A DNA stretch of 56,977 nucleotides from an uncultured Mycoplasmatota bacterium (GCA_946497925.1 CAMMMG010000003.1:1-56977); one strand, 5' to 3'. Positions 26,649-36,412 are shown, counted from the first letter of the stretch. The notes: a model not told the origin generated them from the letters alone. A program made the numbers and translations.

Positions 26649-27084
26649 TATTTACCTCATATTCTTTTATTTGATTTACTCTTCTAATATGTCTTTCTTC
26701 TGTTGAAAAAGGAGTTGTTATAAAGGTTGTAATTAAGTTATAAGCATAATTTGCATCCATATTTTCATTTAAACAAATAATATTAGCATCATTGTCATTT
26801 CTTGTTTCTATTACATCTTCTATTGATATGACTCTAGCAGCACGTATTCCTTTTACTTTATTACAAGCGATTGATATACCTATGCCACTACCACATATGG
26901 CTATACCAAAGTCTATTTCTTTATTAGTTAAAGCTTTTCCTAATTTAAAAGCATATAAAGGATAATCAACATTTTCTGTTCCTTTAGCACCATAATCTAT
27001 TACTTCATAATCTTTTTTTAATTTTTCTAAAAGTTCTACTTTTAATTTATAACCTCTATGGTCATTAGTTATTCCTAGTCTCAT
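26638..27084 (-). CDS. rpiB: ribose-5-phosphate isomerase B
   Basis: LacAB/RpiB family: GIAICGSGIGISIACNKVKGIRAA. Confidence 0.85.
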   Translation of the reverse strand: MRLGITNDHRGYKLKVELLEKLKKDYEVIDYGAKGTENVDYPLYAFKLGKALTNKEIDFGIAICGSGIGISIACNKVKGIRAARVISIEDVIETRNDNDANIICLNENMDANYAYNLITTFITTPFSTEERHIRRVNQIKEYEVNNER

Positions 27085-27293
27085 TTATTTAACCTCCTTA
27101 AAACTAGTTCTCCTCCCATTACTTGATTAAGATGGGAATAGTCTATATAGTTATCTTCTATTTGTAATTTCATTTTATAGTTTAGTTCTTCTAATTCTCT
27201 TATATTTGTAGGTAGTAAATCAAAATATGCTGGTTCTACTTTAATACTTCTTTTTAAAACATATACTTTCTTGGTAGTTAGATTTTCTAACAT
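27081..27293 (-). CDS. hypothetical 70-aa protein
   Basis: ORF whose stop overlaps the rpiB start (ATGA). No recognisable motif. Confidence 0.4.
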   Translation of the reverse strand: MLENLTTKKVYVLKRSIKVEPAYFDLLPTNIRELEELNYKMKLQIEDNYIDYSHLNQVMGGELVLRRLNK

Positions 27294-27324
27294 AGGACGA
27301 TAGTTTAAATAAAGTCCTCCTTTT

Positions 27325-27549
27325 TTAATTAAATTTGTCTCCTAAAAAGAAATCACTATCCATGCTAGTATTAATTGTTTCTTCTTTTAATATGGCTTCA
27401 CATATTTTATTTATACTTTCACCATACATTCTTTCCACTATTTGTTTTGCTATTCTATTAGTTTTTAAAGTTTCTAATTCTTTAAGATATGTTTCATATA
27501 TTTTTTTATTATTAAGATATAATATTTCATCTAAAGTAAAATCATACAT
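27325..27549 (-). CDS. hypothetical 74-aa protein
   Basis: ORF in the operon position between rpmE and rpiB. No recognisable motif. Confidence 0.4.
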   Translation of the reverse strand: MYDFTLDEILYLNNKKIYETYLKELETLKTNRIAKQIVERMYGESINKICEAILKEETINTSMDSDFFLGDKFN

Positions 27550-27614
27550 TTTTATTCCCCTACTTTAGTATAACATAATTTAAAAGAAAAAAGCAGTAAA
27601 CACTGCCTTATTCT

Positions 27615-27824
27615 CTAATCTTTTTTATTAAAACCATATTTCTTATTAAACTTTTCTACTTGTCCTGCTTTAGATGCTCTTCCTTGTTTTCCTGTATAGA
27701 ATGGATGACAATTTGAACATACTTCAACTGTAAGTTCGTCTTTGTTAGACATAACTTCAAATGTAGCACCACAAGCACATGTTACTTTACATGGTCTATA
27801 GTTTGCTGGATTGTTTTTTGCCAT
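27615..27824 (-). CDS. rpmE: 50S ribosomal protein L31 (Cys-containing type A)
   Basis: [24 protein letters not shown]...[21 protein letters not shown] Shine-Dalgarno before ATG 27824. Confidence 0.9.
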   Translation of the reverse strand: MAKNNPANYRPCKVTCACGATFEVMSNKDELTVEVCSNCHPFYTGKQGRASKAGQVEKFNKKYGFNKKD

Positions 27825-27898
27825 TTTTCTTCTCTCCTTTCGCCATGATAATTTATTTATCATAGAAATCATCCCTTTAAGGAACTAATTCGCTACTT

Positions 27899-27927
27899 AA
27901 TATATCAAATTATTTAAGATTTGACAA
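27899..27927 (-). promoter_or_regulatory. candidate rpmE promoter
   Basis: Minus strand: TTGTCA, a 17-nt spacer, then TATATT. Confidence 0.4.
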
Positions 27928-28011
27928 GGTTTTTAATGGATTTTCATCCTTAAAAATCAAATCTAAAATTGCATTTACGAAAATTCGTATCTTTTTTATT
28001 ACATTTTTTTC

Positions 28012-28040
28012 TTGTATTAAAAGAAATAGTATGATACTAT
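28012..28040 (+). promoter_or_regulatory. candidate promoter of the plus-strand structured RNA
   Basis: TTGTAT, a 17-nt spacer, then TGaTACTAT (extended -10). The predicted start falls at the base of the long helix. Confidence 0.45.
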
Positions 28041-28101
28041 TAGCTTAGGAACATTTAATAGTTGGGTGAAGCCAAACTCTATAAACGAGGGAGGTGTTAG
28101 A

Positions 28102-28184
28102 ATGAACAAGAAAGATTTTTAATTTTTTCTTTAGTAATTATAATCTTCCTTTTACTATTCTTACTGTTTATAGTATTAATATAA
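28102..28184 (+). pseudogene. possible frameshifted type I toxin-like peptide (MNKK + RFLIFSLVIIIFLLLFLLFIVLI)
   Basis: The ATG frame stops after 6 codons (MNKKDF*). The -1 frame from 28104 reads EQERFLIFSLVIIIFLLLFLLFIVLI*, and one extra A in AAGAAAG would fuse the two frames. The T-rich context makes a chance reading possible. Confidence 0.3.
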
Positions 28185-28279
28185 AAGAAAGTCACCTAAC
28201 TCACAACGTGGATTAGGTGGTTTAACAATTATATGTTGGCTCACTCAACACGGAAATATTAAGTGTTCCTTTTACTATT
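28146..28279 (+). repeat. 14-nt direct repeat TTCCTTTTACTATT, two copies (28146-28159 and 28266-28279)
   Basis: Exact repeat 120 nt apart. One copy lies inside the hydrophobic reading frame and the other just after the 3' arm of the long helix. Confidence 0.7.
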
Positions 28280-28297
28280 GTATGAATTTTTTCTTAC
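28178..28297 (-). ncRNA. candidate antisense RNA convergent with the structured RNA
   Basis: Promoter at 28304-28332. On the minus strand the 28193-28219 hairpin is followed by CUUUCUUUUAUAUU, so it could act as a terminator. The transcript would be fully complementary to the 3' arm of the plus-strand RNA. Confidence 0.3.
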
Positions 28298-28303
28298 ATA
28301 TAC

Positions 28304-28332
28304 ATCTTATCATATAAGTATCTTTTATGCAA
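28304..28332 (-). promoter_or_regulatory. candidate promoter of the antisense RNA
   Basis: Minus strand: TTGCAT, a 17-nt spacer, then TGaTAAGAT (extended -10). Confidence 0.4.
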
Positions 28333-28354
28333 GAGTGTTTTTACTAGCTCTTAT

Positions 28355-29077
28355 CTATAAATAATTCTCTATTATTTTTGTTGCAATCATTTGATATGCT
28401 TCTGTTGTTGGATATATGTTAGTAGGATTATCTATGTAATCTTTATTTTTCTTAAATAGATTATAGATGTCTAAATATTCGATATTATATGTTTTAGTTA
28501 GTTCTTTAGTCTTGGTAATTAAATATGTATACAACCTTTCTGTAGTTAATGTTTCTTCTTCTAAAGGATTGTAAAACCCTATAAAGATTATATCTTCTTT
28601 AGCATATTTTCTTAATTCTTTAAAAAGAGAATCTAACTCATTTACTGTTTTATCTACTATTGTAGTTATTTCTTTGTTAGATAGATTTTCCACAGATACT
28701 GTGGATAAAGTTAATTCTGTTAGAATATCATCCATTCCTACTGATAAAGTTACTAATTCAGCTTCACGAAGACATTTTTTTAAAGATAAAGATTTGCCAT
28801 CTTTTTTTATAGTCCAATTTGTTTCAAGTTTATTTTTTAAATCTATTATTCTAGTACCACTTGTAGAAAAATAATTATTGTAACTTGTTAATAAATCTTT
28901 ATCTTTAAGATAGTTAGCAAGATAATTACTATAACCATAGTTTGTATTACCGTTAGAGTCTATTCCGACACTTAAAGAGTCTCCTATTGATATATAAGTA
29001 ATTTTATCTGTATGGTTGAAGTAATAGATTGTATAAACTAAAAGACATATGATTAAAAGGCATAGTATTTTTTTCAT
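28355..29077 (-). CDS. secreted SGNH/GDSL-family hydrolase
   Basis: Signal/TM N-terminus and GDSL block YISIGDSLSVG. GGAGGT Shine-Dalgarno before ATG 29077. Confidence 0.75.
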   Translation of the reverse strand: MKKILCLLIICLLVYTIYYFNHTDKITYISIGDSLSVGIDSNGNTNYGYSNYLANYLKDKDLLTSYNNYFSTSGTRIIDLKNKLETNWTIKKDGKSLSLKKCLREAELVTLSVGMDDILTELTLSTVSVENLSNKEITTIVDKTVNELDSLFKELRKYAKEDIIFIGFYNPLEEETLTTERLYTYLITKTKELTKTYNIEYLDIYNLFKKNKDYIDNPTNIYPTTEAYQMIATKIIENYL

Positions 29078-29145
29078 TTTTACCTCCAAAAAAAGACTAG
29101 AGTCATATATTATAATTATATTTCTCTAGTCTCTTTTTAATGCTT

Positions 29146-30399
29146 CTATATGTCTTTTAATTCTAGATTAGCTCCTACTCCTAGCAGTTTTTCAACGATA
29201 TTTTCATAACCTCTAAGTATGTGTTCAACATTAGTTATTTTAGTTGTTCCTTTAGCCATTAAGCCAGCTATTACAAGAGATGCTCCTGCTCTAAGGTCTG
29301 TTGCAACTACATCTGTTCCTGTTAATTTAGTAGGGCCAATAATAGTTGAAGTTTGATTTTTTACTCTTATATCTGCACCCATTTGATTTAAGTATGGAAT
29401 ATGCATAAATCTATTTTCGTAAATTGTTTCTTCTATTTTACTTCTACCATTACACATAGTAAGGAGTGGTGTTAGGGGTTGTTGTAAGTCTGTGGCAAAA
29501 CCTGGATAGGTTTGAGTTTTAACATTTACTGGCTTATAGTCTTTTCCACTACTTACAATTATATAGTCTGTTCCTATATCAAGAAATACTCCCATTTCTT
29601 CTAGTTTGCTAGTTAGTGCTTCTATATGTTCTGGGATAATATTAGATATTTTTAGATTATTACCGATAGCAGCGCCAAGTATTACATAAGTACCTGCTTC
29701 TATTCTATCAGGAATTACTTCATGGAAACATTTACCAAGTTTTTCTACTCCTGTTATTTCAATACTACTTGTTCCTGCTCCTCTTATTTTAGCTCCCATA
29801 TTGTTAAGGAGTGTTGCTACATTAACGATTTCTGGTTCTTTGGCTGCATTATCAATGATGGTTGTTCCTTTTGCTAAAACACTTGCTAACATGATGTTAA
29901 TAGTTGCTCCTACACTTGCAAAGTCAAGGTAGATATTGGCACCTTTTAACTCTTTAGCTTCTACGGTATAAATATTTTCTTTATTAGTTACAGTTGCCCC
30001 TAATGCTTCAAAACCTTTAAGATGAAGATTAATTGGTCTTGCACCAATTGAACACCCTCCAGGTAAAGCCATAGTTACTTTTTTATATTTACCAAGCATT
30101 GCTCCCATAAAGTAGTATGATGCTCTTAATTTTTTAGTATACATACTAGGTATTTCTTTATTTTCCATGTTTGATGGATTAATAACTAGACTTTCTGTTG
30201 CCCGTTTTACATCAACATTTAAAAACTCTAATATTTCACAAAGAGCAGTGGTATCAGTAATATCAGGGACATTACAGATTGTTACTTCTTCACTTGATAA
30301 AATCGCTGCTGGTATTAATGCCACAACACTATTTTTAGCCCCACTTATTCTTATTGTTCCAGTAAGAGGATTACCTCCTTTTATTTCAAGCATTTTCAT
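29146..30399 (-). CDS. murA: UDP-N-acetylglucosamine 1-carboxyvinyltransferase
   Basis: ISGAKNS, active-site loop LPGGCSIGARPINLH, and C-terminal LRAGASLVIAGL. Confidence 0.9.
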   Translation of the reverse strand: MKMLEIKGGNPLTGTIRISGAKNSVVALIPAAILSSEEVTICNVPDITDTTALCEILEFLNVDVKRATESLVINPSNMENKEIPSMYTKKLRASYYFMGAMLGKYKKVTMALPGGCSIGARPINLHLKGFEALGATVTNKENIYTVEAKELKGANIYLDFASVGATINIMLASVLAKGTTIIDNAAKEPEIVNVATLLNNMGAKIRGAGTSSIEITGVEKLGKCFHEVIPDRIEAGTYVILGAAIGNNLKISNIIPEHIEALTSKLEEMGVFLDIGTDYIIVSSGKDYKPVNVKTQTYPGFATDLQQPLTPLLTMCNGRSKIEETIYENRFMHIPYLNQMGADIRVKNQTSTIIGPTKLTGTDVVATDLRAGASLVIAGLMAKGTTKITNVEHILRGYENIVEKLLGVGANLELKDI

Positions 30400-30437
30400 A
30401 GTTAATCACACACTTTCTACTATATTATATTATTAAT

Positions 30438-31295
30438 TTAATTTTTGGAACTAATATGATTTGGGTTAAAAACATCTACAAGTTCACTTACTTTATCTTT
30501 CATAGCAGCTTCTCCACTACCTATTACTTTTCTTGGGTCATAAACACTTGGATTTGCATTAATAAAATCAGCTACTGCTTTATGCCAAGTTACTTGTAGT
30601 TCTGTATTTATATTTATTTTACTAATTCCACAGCTTATTGCTTTTTTTATCATATCATAAGGAATACCTGTTCCACCATGTAGTACTAAAGGAATAGATA
30701 AAGTCTCATCTATTTGTTTCATCCTTTCAAAGTCTAGATTAGGTTCTCCTTTGTATAGTCCATGTACTGAACCTAGAGCTGGTGCTAGAGCATCTATTCC
30801 TGTTTTAGATATTTCTATACAGTCTTCTAGAGTTGCTCTAAAAACATCACCATAAACATTATCTTCAGTACCACCAACATGACCTACTTCTGCTTCTACT
30901 GATACACCTTTAGAGTGAGCATAATCTACTACTTCTTTAGTTATCTTTTTATTAGTTTCTAAATCATATTTACTAGCATCTATCATAACACTAGAAAATC
31001 CAGCATCTATCGCTTCTTTACAAGATTCAAAACTACTTCCATGGTCTAGATGTAGACATACAGGGATAGTTATATTTAAATCTTTAATTAGACCTTCTAC
31101 CATACATCTAATTACATAAAAACCTCCCATATATTTTTTAGCACCTTCACTAACTCCTAATATTACAGGAAGATTCTCTTCTTGCATTTTCTCTAAAATG
31201 TATTTTGCCCATTCCAAATTATTAATATTAAAATGAGGAACGGCATATTTCTTTTCTTTTGCGTCTTTTAACATTTCATTAAAATTTACTAACAC
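30438..31295 (-). CDS. fba: class II fructose-1,6-bisphosphate aldolase
   Basis: [43 protein letters not shown] start at 31295 follows AAGGTGA; the ORF track extends to 31346. Confidence 0.85.
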   Translation of the reverse strand: MLVNFNEMLKDAKEKKYAVPHFNINNLEWAKYILEKMQEENLPVILGVSEGAKKYMGGFYVIRCMVEGLIKDLNITIPVCLHLDHGSSFESCKEAIDAGFSSVMIDASKYDLETNKKITKEVVDYAHSKGVSVEAEVGHVGGTEDNVYGDVFRATLEDCIEISKTGIDALAPALGSVHGLYKGEPNLDFERMKQIDETLSIPLVLHGGTGIPYDMIKKAISCGISKININTELQVTWHKAVADFINANPSVYDPRKVIGSGEAAMKDKVSELVDVFNPNHISSKN

Positions 31296-31371
31296 TATTA
31301 TCACCTTCATATATATATAATAAAGCAAGTATCTAGTGTTTGTCAAAAGAAAAAGAGGAAAGATTACTTTC

Positions 31372-32682
31372 CTAACTATTGTTTTCTATTATGTTATTTA
31401 TATACTCAATAAGGTATAATGGTATATTTATTACATTACCGCTTTTATCTAAATTATCTAATGATAGTCTTACCATTATATCAGGATTATATTTTTCATT
31501 ATATTTAGTTAAACTTATATGGTTTCTATTTCTACTTGATTTTACTTCTATTGGAATAGTTTTGTTTTTATATTGAATTATAAAGTCTACTTCATTTCTT
31601 TGAAATGTAAAATAATAAGGAATTTCATCATTTATGTAAGTTAACATATTTAAACAGTAGTTCTCTGAAAATGAACCTTTAAATTCTTCAAACAATTTAT
31701 TTTCTTCTAAGATAATACTACTATCTAAATTAGACATTCTTCTTAAAAGTCCTACATCATTCATATATATTTTAAAAGAGTCTAAATCTACATAAGCTTT
31801 TAATGGCACGTCAGGCTTAGTAATGTTATATACTTTTGTAATTAAATTGGCATCATTTAACCAGTTAAGAGCACTTTCATATTCTCTAGCCCTTGCTCCT
31901 TCCTTCAAAGCTTTGTATACAAATTTTTTATTTTCTTTAGCAAGTTGTGAAGGAATATTGTTCCATATTATAGATATTTTATTCGCTTCACTATTAGTTG
32001 TGTGTTTAGAAAAGTCTGTTTCATAAGAATTTAAAATATTTCCTTGAAGATAATTAACTCTTTCTATATCTTTATCTTCAGTCCAAGATTTTACTACTTC
32101 TGGCATTCCTCCAATAATAAAATAAGTTTTTAGTTTTTCTTCTAATTCTATTCTAAATACATCGGGTATTTTTTCTGCTTTGGTGATACCTTTCATAAAC
32201 TCTACTAAATTTTCTTTACCATCGGCGATAAGAAATTCACTAAAGGTCATAGGATACATATTTAGAAAATCTACTTTACCTACTGGAAAAGAAGTATGTG
32301 ATAATCTTATTCCAAGAAGACTTCCTGCACAGACAATATGATATTCATTAGCTTCTTCATAAAAATATTTAAGAGAATTAAGAGCATCACTACATTCCTG
32401 TATTTCATCGAAAAATATTAACGTTTCCCCTGGTACTATTTTTTTACCGTGTACTAATATTAGCTGTTCTATAATTCTTTTAGGATCTTTACTATTTTTA
32501 AAAAGACTTGCTAAAGACTCATCATGATCAAAGTTAAAATATGCAAGGTCAAGATACTCGTTCTTTGCAAATTCTTTCAATATATATGTTTTTCCTACCT
32601 GTCTTGCTCCTTTTAATATTAAGGGTTTTCTATTTTTATCATTCTTCCATTTAACTAATTTTTCCATAATAAAACGTTGCAT
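31372..32682 (-). CDS. AAA-family ATPase with a DUF4143-type C-terminal domain
   Basis: Walker [10 protein letters not shown] and Walker B LIFFDEIQ. The overall pattern is AAA_14 plus DUF4143. AGGAGGTG Shine-Dalgarno before ATG 32682. Confidence 0.7.
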   Translation of the reverse strand: MQRFIMEKLVKWKNDKNRKPLILKGARQVGKTYILKEFAKNEYLDLAYFNFDHDESLASLFKNSKDPKRIIEQLILVHGKKIVPGETLIFFDEIQECSDALNSLKYFYEEANEYHIVCAGSLLGIRLSHTSFPVGKVDFLNMYPMTFSEFLIADGKENLVEFMKGITKAEKIPDVFRIELEEKLKTYFIIGGMPEVVKSWTEDKDIERVNYLQGNILNSYETDFSKHTTNSEANKISIIWNNIPSQLAKENKKFVYKALKEGARAREYESALNWLNDANLITKVYNITKPDVPLKAYVDLDSFKIYMNDVGLLRRMSNLDSSIILEENKLFEEFKGSFSENYCLNMLTYINDEIPYYFTFQRNEVDFIIQYKNKTIPIEVKSSRNRNHISLTKYNEKYNPDIMVRLSLDNLDKSGNVINIPLYLIEYINNIIENNS

Positions 32683-32714
32683 ATGTAACACCTCCTATAT
32701 GTAGTATATACTAT

Positions 32715-32742
32715 ATTATAGCATTTAATCACACTTTTGCAA
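32715..32742 (-). promoter_or_regulatory. promoter of the AAA ATPase gene
   Basis: Minus strand: TTGCAA, a 16-nt spacer, then TGcTATAAT (extended consensus -10). The -35 lies inside repeat copy 1. Confidence 0.55.
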
Positions 32743-32806
32743 CGTTTTTCAAACTTTTTATCACGCTTTTGCAAGCATTTTTGCTTAAATTATCACATTT
32801 TTGTAA
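32728..32806. repeat. three phased direct repeats ATCAC(A/G)(C/T)TTTTG(C/T)AA spaced exactly 32 bp
   Basis: Copies start at 32728, 32760 and 32792: ATCACACTTTTGCAA, ATCACGCTTTTGCAA, ATCACATTTTTGTAA. Confidence 0.8.
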
Positions 32807-32812
32807 AAATGT

Positions 32813-33085
32813 TTACTCTGACCAAATATCGCTAAATATTGTTTGTGGGCTTTCACATACAATATTTGATGGATGTCTACTATATCTTCCTTGTACACCT
32901 GATGCTCGTAAATTTGATGTAGCATAATTATTAATTGCGTCTGCTTTCTCTACTTCAGCTTGACATTGATTATAGCCTGCGTGTTGTACCGAATATGCCA
33001 GTAAATCAACTAGAACTATTAAAACAATTATAATAACAATAGATAAAATTGCTTTATAAATAAATACTGCATTCCACTCTTTCAC
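32813..33085 (-). CDS. hypothetical 90-aa membrane-anchored protein
   Basis: ORF with one N-terminal TM helix (AILSIVIIIVLIVLVDLLAY) and two Cys in the extracytoplasmic part. No family recognised. Confidence 0.4.
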   Translation of the reverse strand: MKEWNAVFIYKAILSIVIIIVLIVLVDLLAYSVQHAGYNQCQAEVEKADAINNYATSNLRASGVQGRYSRHPSNIVCESPQTIFSDIWSE

Positions 33086-33143
33086 ATTCTCACCTCTAAT
33101 TCAATATATCATATTGGTTATATAACCACAAAGAAAAGAAGTG

Positions 33144-33254
33144 TTATTTAACTTCTTTTACAAGTGGGTTTACAGTATGAAATCTTAAAGGAAGTATTTC
33201 TTTTTTGATAATCTCTTCCATCTCTTCATCACTGATTAATCTTTTTATACTCAT
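33144..33254 (-). CDS. possible 36-aa ORF (MSIKRLISDEEMEEIIKKEILPLRFHTVNPLVKEVK)
   Basis: ATG preceded by GGGTGAAG. It lies in an otherwise empty 209-bp gap. Support is weak. Confidence 0.2.
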   Translation of the reverse strand: MSIKRLISDEEMEEIIKKEILPLRFHTVNPLVKEVK

Positions 33255-33294
33255 AAAACTTCACCCAATTATAGTTTTTACAAAATTTTACTTT

Positions 33295-33840
33295 TTATTC
33301 GAAGAAATAGGTAAGTGCTAAGACCAATAATAAAATACTTCCTATGATATTGGCGATTTTACCAAATTTTAAAGTTAAAAACTTACCTATATTAAGTCCT
33401 AAAAAAGTAAAGATAAAACTTGTTATGGCAAATAGTGTTCCTGCTAAAATAATATTTTCATTATGAGTTCCTAATGCTATTCCTACTGAGAAACTATCTA
33501 TACTAACACTAAAACCAAAGATAAAAGCATTCGCTAGACTTTTAAAATCTTTTTTCTCTTCATCTAATTCTTTTATATTAAATAACATCTCAATACTTAG
33601 AATAGTAAATATTATTCCTACTAAAATATCAGGATTACTAATTATATGGTGAATAATAAATAGTCCTAATATACTTCCTAATAGTGGCATTATGAAGTGG
33701 AATATTCCTACTGTTATACTTAAAAAGTTTTTAATTTTATTTGATAGATTTAAAGTACCATAAACGATAGATAAAGAAAAGGCATCCATACTTAGTCCTA
33801 TCGCTAATATTATTAACTCTAAAATATCCAAAGTAATCAC
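33295..33840 (-). CDS. mntP: manganese efflux pump MntP
   Basis: Six TM helices with duplicated motifs LSMDAFSLSI and VSIDSFSVGIALG. Confidence 0.8.
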   Translation of the reverse strand: MITLDILELIILAIGLSMDAFSLSIVYGTLNLSNKIKNFLSITVGIFHFIMPLLGSILGLFIIHHIISNPDILVGIIFTILSIEMLFNIKELDEEKKDFKSLANAFIFGFSVSIDSFSVGIALGTHNENIILAGTLFAITSFIFTFLGLNIGKFLTLKFGKIANIIGSILLLVLALTYFFE

Positions 33841-33873
33841 CTATCAAATTTTATTCGGATAGGTGGATATTTA

Positions 33874-34401
33874 TTATAGGTATTTATCTATCATTTCTTT
33901 AACAAATGATTTATACTCTACCTCATCAGTATTAGTTTCTTCGCCTTCCATTAGACATAATGGAGGAAATAAAACACACCACCAATTTTCGCCATTACCA
34001 CTTCCAAGTGTTACAACCAAAGATTCATAATAACCTTCTTCGTAGATAACTCCTTTATAGTTTTTTTCTGGAAAATAATTAATTCCAAAATTAACTTTAT
34101 ATGTTGTATTTATCTTATTTGTTAAAAGCGTTCTTTCTACTAGAGATTCAAAATGATTTTGATTTTCTTTTAAAATAGACCTTGTTTCATCAATTGAAGT
34201 ACTATCCTTTAAAAGTGTATCTAAATCTTCTTCTAAGACTTCTTTTACTATTGTTTTAGTTTCTTGGTCTTCTTTAGTATTAGACTCTGCTACTACTCTA
34301 AATCTAATCGCTTCATCGGGAATAATTATTTCATCACTTTCTTTATTTAAATTTGGTATAAATACTAAGATTAAACTTGCTAAGATTAAATATTTTTTCA
34401 T
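33874..34401 (-). CDS. spoIIR: stage II sporulation protein R
   Basis: Signal peptide. IRFRVVAESNTKEDQETK and GSGNGENWWCVLFPPLCL are the SpoIIR hallmark motifs. Confidence 0.85.
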   Translation of the reverse strand: MKKYLILASLILVFIPNLNKESDEIIIPDEAIRFRVVAESNTKEDQETKTIVKEVLEEDLDTLLKDSTSIDETRSILKENQNHFESLVERTLLTNKINTTYKVNFGINYFPEKNYKGVIYEEGYYESLVVTLGSGNGENWWCVLFPPLCLMEGEETNTDEVEYKSFVKEMIDKYL

Positions 34402-34452
34402 ATAAAAATATCACCCTTTCTACACTTAATTAATGAGTGATATTTTAATTTT

Positions 34453-35280
34453 TTAATCAATATTTTTTTCGACAAAAAGCATTCTATCTTTATTACTTAA
34501 ATCTTTTTTAATAATTACTTTACTATTAGGTATAGTATTTTCTACTAATAGCTTTAATTCTTGTCCTTCAAGATAACCTATTTCAAAGGCGATTAAGTAA
34601 TCATCTTTTAAATAGTTATTAATATCTTTTAAAATATTTCTATAGCAGTCTAGACCATCTAATCCACCATATAAGGCTAGATGTGGTTCATTCTTTCTTA
34701 CTATCTCTTCTATTTCTTCATCAGTTTTAATATATGGGGGATTTGATACTATAACATCATACTTATCTAAAGGTATGTTTTCAAACCAATCACTTTTTAT
34801 GAAGTTAACATCTAAACCTAGACTTTTAGCATTATCTCTTGCTACTTCTAAGGCTTCATAACTTATATCAACTAAAGTAACATCTGCATCTTTAAAAAAT
34901 TTTTTCAAAGTTAGGCCTATAACACCACTGCCACAACCTAAATCTAATATTTTAGGATTAGTTATATTTTTCTTTTCAAGATAATTTTTAATATTTTCAA
35001 CTAACTCTTCTGTCTCAAATCGTGGTATTAGGACATTTTCATTAACTTTAAACTTTAATCCATAGAAATTAACATGACCTATTACGTATTGAATAGGTCT
35101 ATTTTCACTTAAGGCTTTTAAAGATTCTTTATAAGGATTAATAATACTATCATCTACTACTTTGTCTAAAATAGTTAATAGTTCTAGGGGGTTAACTTCA
35201 AGGAATGTAGCAAGTAACATTTTAGCATGAGTACTACTTGTATATTTTTTACCATAGACAATTAACTCTTCAACGGTCAT
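34453..35280 (-). CDS. prmC: release-factor glutamine N5-methyltransferase
   Basis: SAM motif [16 protein letters not shown] motif (VSNPPYI), and stop/start overlap with prfA. Confidence 0.9.
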   Translation of the reverse strand: MTVEELIVYGKKYTSSTHAKMLLATFLEVNPLELLTILDKVVDDSIINPYKESLKALSENRPIQYVIGHVNFYGLKFKVNENVLIPRFETEELVENIKNYLEKKNITNPKILDLGCGSGVIGLTLKKFFKDADVTLVDISYEALEVARDNAKSLGLDVNFIKSDWFENIPLDKYDVIVSNPPYIKTDEEIEEIVRKNEPHLALYGGLDGLDCYRNILKDINNYLKDDYLIAFEIGYLEGQELKLLVENTIPNSKVIIKKDLSNKDRMLFVEKNID

Positions 35281-36338
35281 TCTTCTTCTCCTGCTAATTT
35301 TCTTCTTTGGTCTTCCATAATTAAAGCATCTATTATCTCTTCTAAATCTCCATTCATAACTCTATCTAAGTTATTAGTAGTAAAACCAATTCTATGATCT
35401 GTTACTCTATTTTGAGGATAGTTATAAGTTCTTATTTTTTCGGCTCTATCACCTGTACCTATTTTATTACGACGTGACTCACCTAACTCTTCTTCTTGTC
35501 TTCTTAATTCTTGTTCATAAAGTCTTGCTTTTAATACTTTCATTGCTTGTTCTTTATTTTGAATTTGACTTCTTTCATTTTGACAAGTAACTACTGTATT
35601 AGTTGGTAAATGAGTAATACGAACAGCACTATCGGTTGTATTAACTCCTTGTCCTCCACAACCAGATGATCTGTAGATATCTATTCTAAGATCAGATGGA
35701 TTTATTTCAATATTAACATCTTCTGCTTCTGGCATTACAAGTACTGTTGCAGTTGATGTTTGGATTCTCCCATTACTTTCTGTTACAGGTATTCTTTGTA
35801 CTCTGTGAGAACCACTTTCATATTTAAGTTTAGAGTAAGCTCCACTTCCTTTAACCATAAATTCTACTTGACTAAAGCCTCCTGCTGTTCCTTCTTCAGC
35901 ATTGATTAACTCTGTTTTAAATCCTACTTTGTCAGCATATTTAGAATACATTCTATAAAGGTCACCTGCAAAGATATTAGCTTCATCTCCTCCAGCTGCT
36001 CCTCTTATTTCCACAATAACGTTTTTATTATCATTAGGATCTTTTGGTATTAAAAGTATCTCTAAGTCATGTTCTAACTTTTCTTTCTTTTCTTCTAAAT
36101 CTTTTAACTCTTCTTTAGCGATATCTTTTAATTCATCATCTTTTAACATTTCTTTAGTCTCAGGAATAGCTTCAATAACCTTTTTATATTCACGATAAAC
36201 AGTTACTACTTCTTCTAGTTCAGACATTTCTTTTGATAATTCTCTTGTTTTATTAATATCTTTTAGGACTTCTTCACTCATTAGTTCTTTTTGTAAGTCC
36301 ATATATTTCTTTTCTGTAGCTTCAAGACGTTCTATCAT
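35277..36338 (-). CDS. prfA: peptide chain release factor 1
   Basis: PVT tripeptide (RIPVTES) and GGQ ([19 protein letters not shown]). Start chosen at MIERLEA (ATG 36338). Confidence 0.9.
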   Translation of the reverse strand: MIERLEATEKKYMDLQKELMSEEVLKDINKTRELSKEMSELEEVVTVYREYKKVIEAIPETKEMLKDDELKDIAKEELKDLEEKKEKLEHDLEILLIPKDPNDNKNVIVEIRGAAGGDEANIFAGDLYRMYSKYADKVGFKTELINAEEGTAGGFSQVEFMVKGSGAYSKLKYESGSHRVQRIPVTESNGRIQTSTATVLVMPEAEDVNIEINPSDLRIDIYRSSGCGGQGVNTTDSAVRITHLPTNTVVTCQNERSQIQNKEQAMKVLKARLYEQELRRQEEELGESRRNKIGTGDRAEKIRTYNYPQNRVTDHRIGFTTNNLDRVMNGDLEEIIDALIMEDQRRKLAGEEE

Positions 36339-36412
36339 TATAACCAGTCCTTTCTTTTTCTTTGTAATTATAGCATAGCTTATCCCTAAATACAATCTTG
36401 TTTTCTATTAAA

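Larger units (their letters stand above)
28047..28285 (+). ncRNA. about 230-nt structured RNA closed by a 27-bp 5'/3' long-range helix; putative type I toxin mRNA
   Basis: 28048-28075 pairs with 28236-28269 as 13+9+5 bp with one 7-nt internal loop. There is an internal hairpin CACCTAA/TTAGGTG (28193-28219) and a strong SD GGGAGGTG plus ATG at 28102. No downstream plus-strand gene exists. Confidence 0.5.

Noticed and set aside
28195-28225. GGATTAGGTGGTTTAAC resembles the T-box motif (AAnnnGGGUGGnACCGCG), so a T-box riboswitch was considered.
   Set aside because: There is no specifier-loop or AGAGA-type stem I features, the ACCGCG part is missing, and no downstream plus-strand aaRS or any other gene is present. 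The locus fits a stand-alone structured RNA or type I TA better.
32728-32806. Whether the three regularly spaced repeats are a mini-CRISPR array.
   Set aside because: Only 15 bp per 32-bp unit are conserved and there are only three units. No cas genes are present, and the proximal copy coincides with a promoter -35 box. They are reported as regulatory repeats.
33841-33873. Looked for a yybP-ykoY manganese riboswitch upstream of mntP.
   Set aside because: Only 33 nt separate mntP from spoIIR. They contain a single short hairpin (CACCTATC/GATAGGTG), which is too short for the riboswitch.
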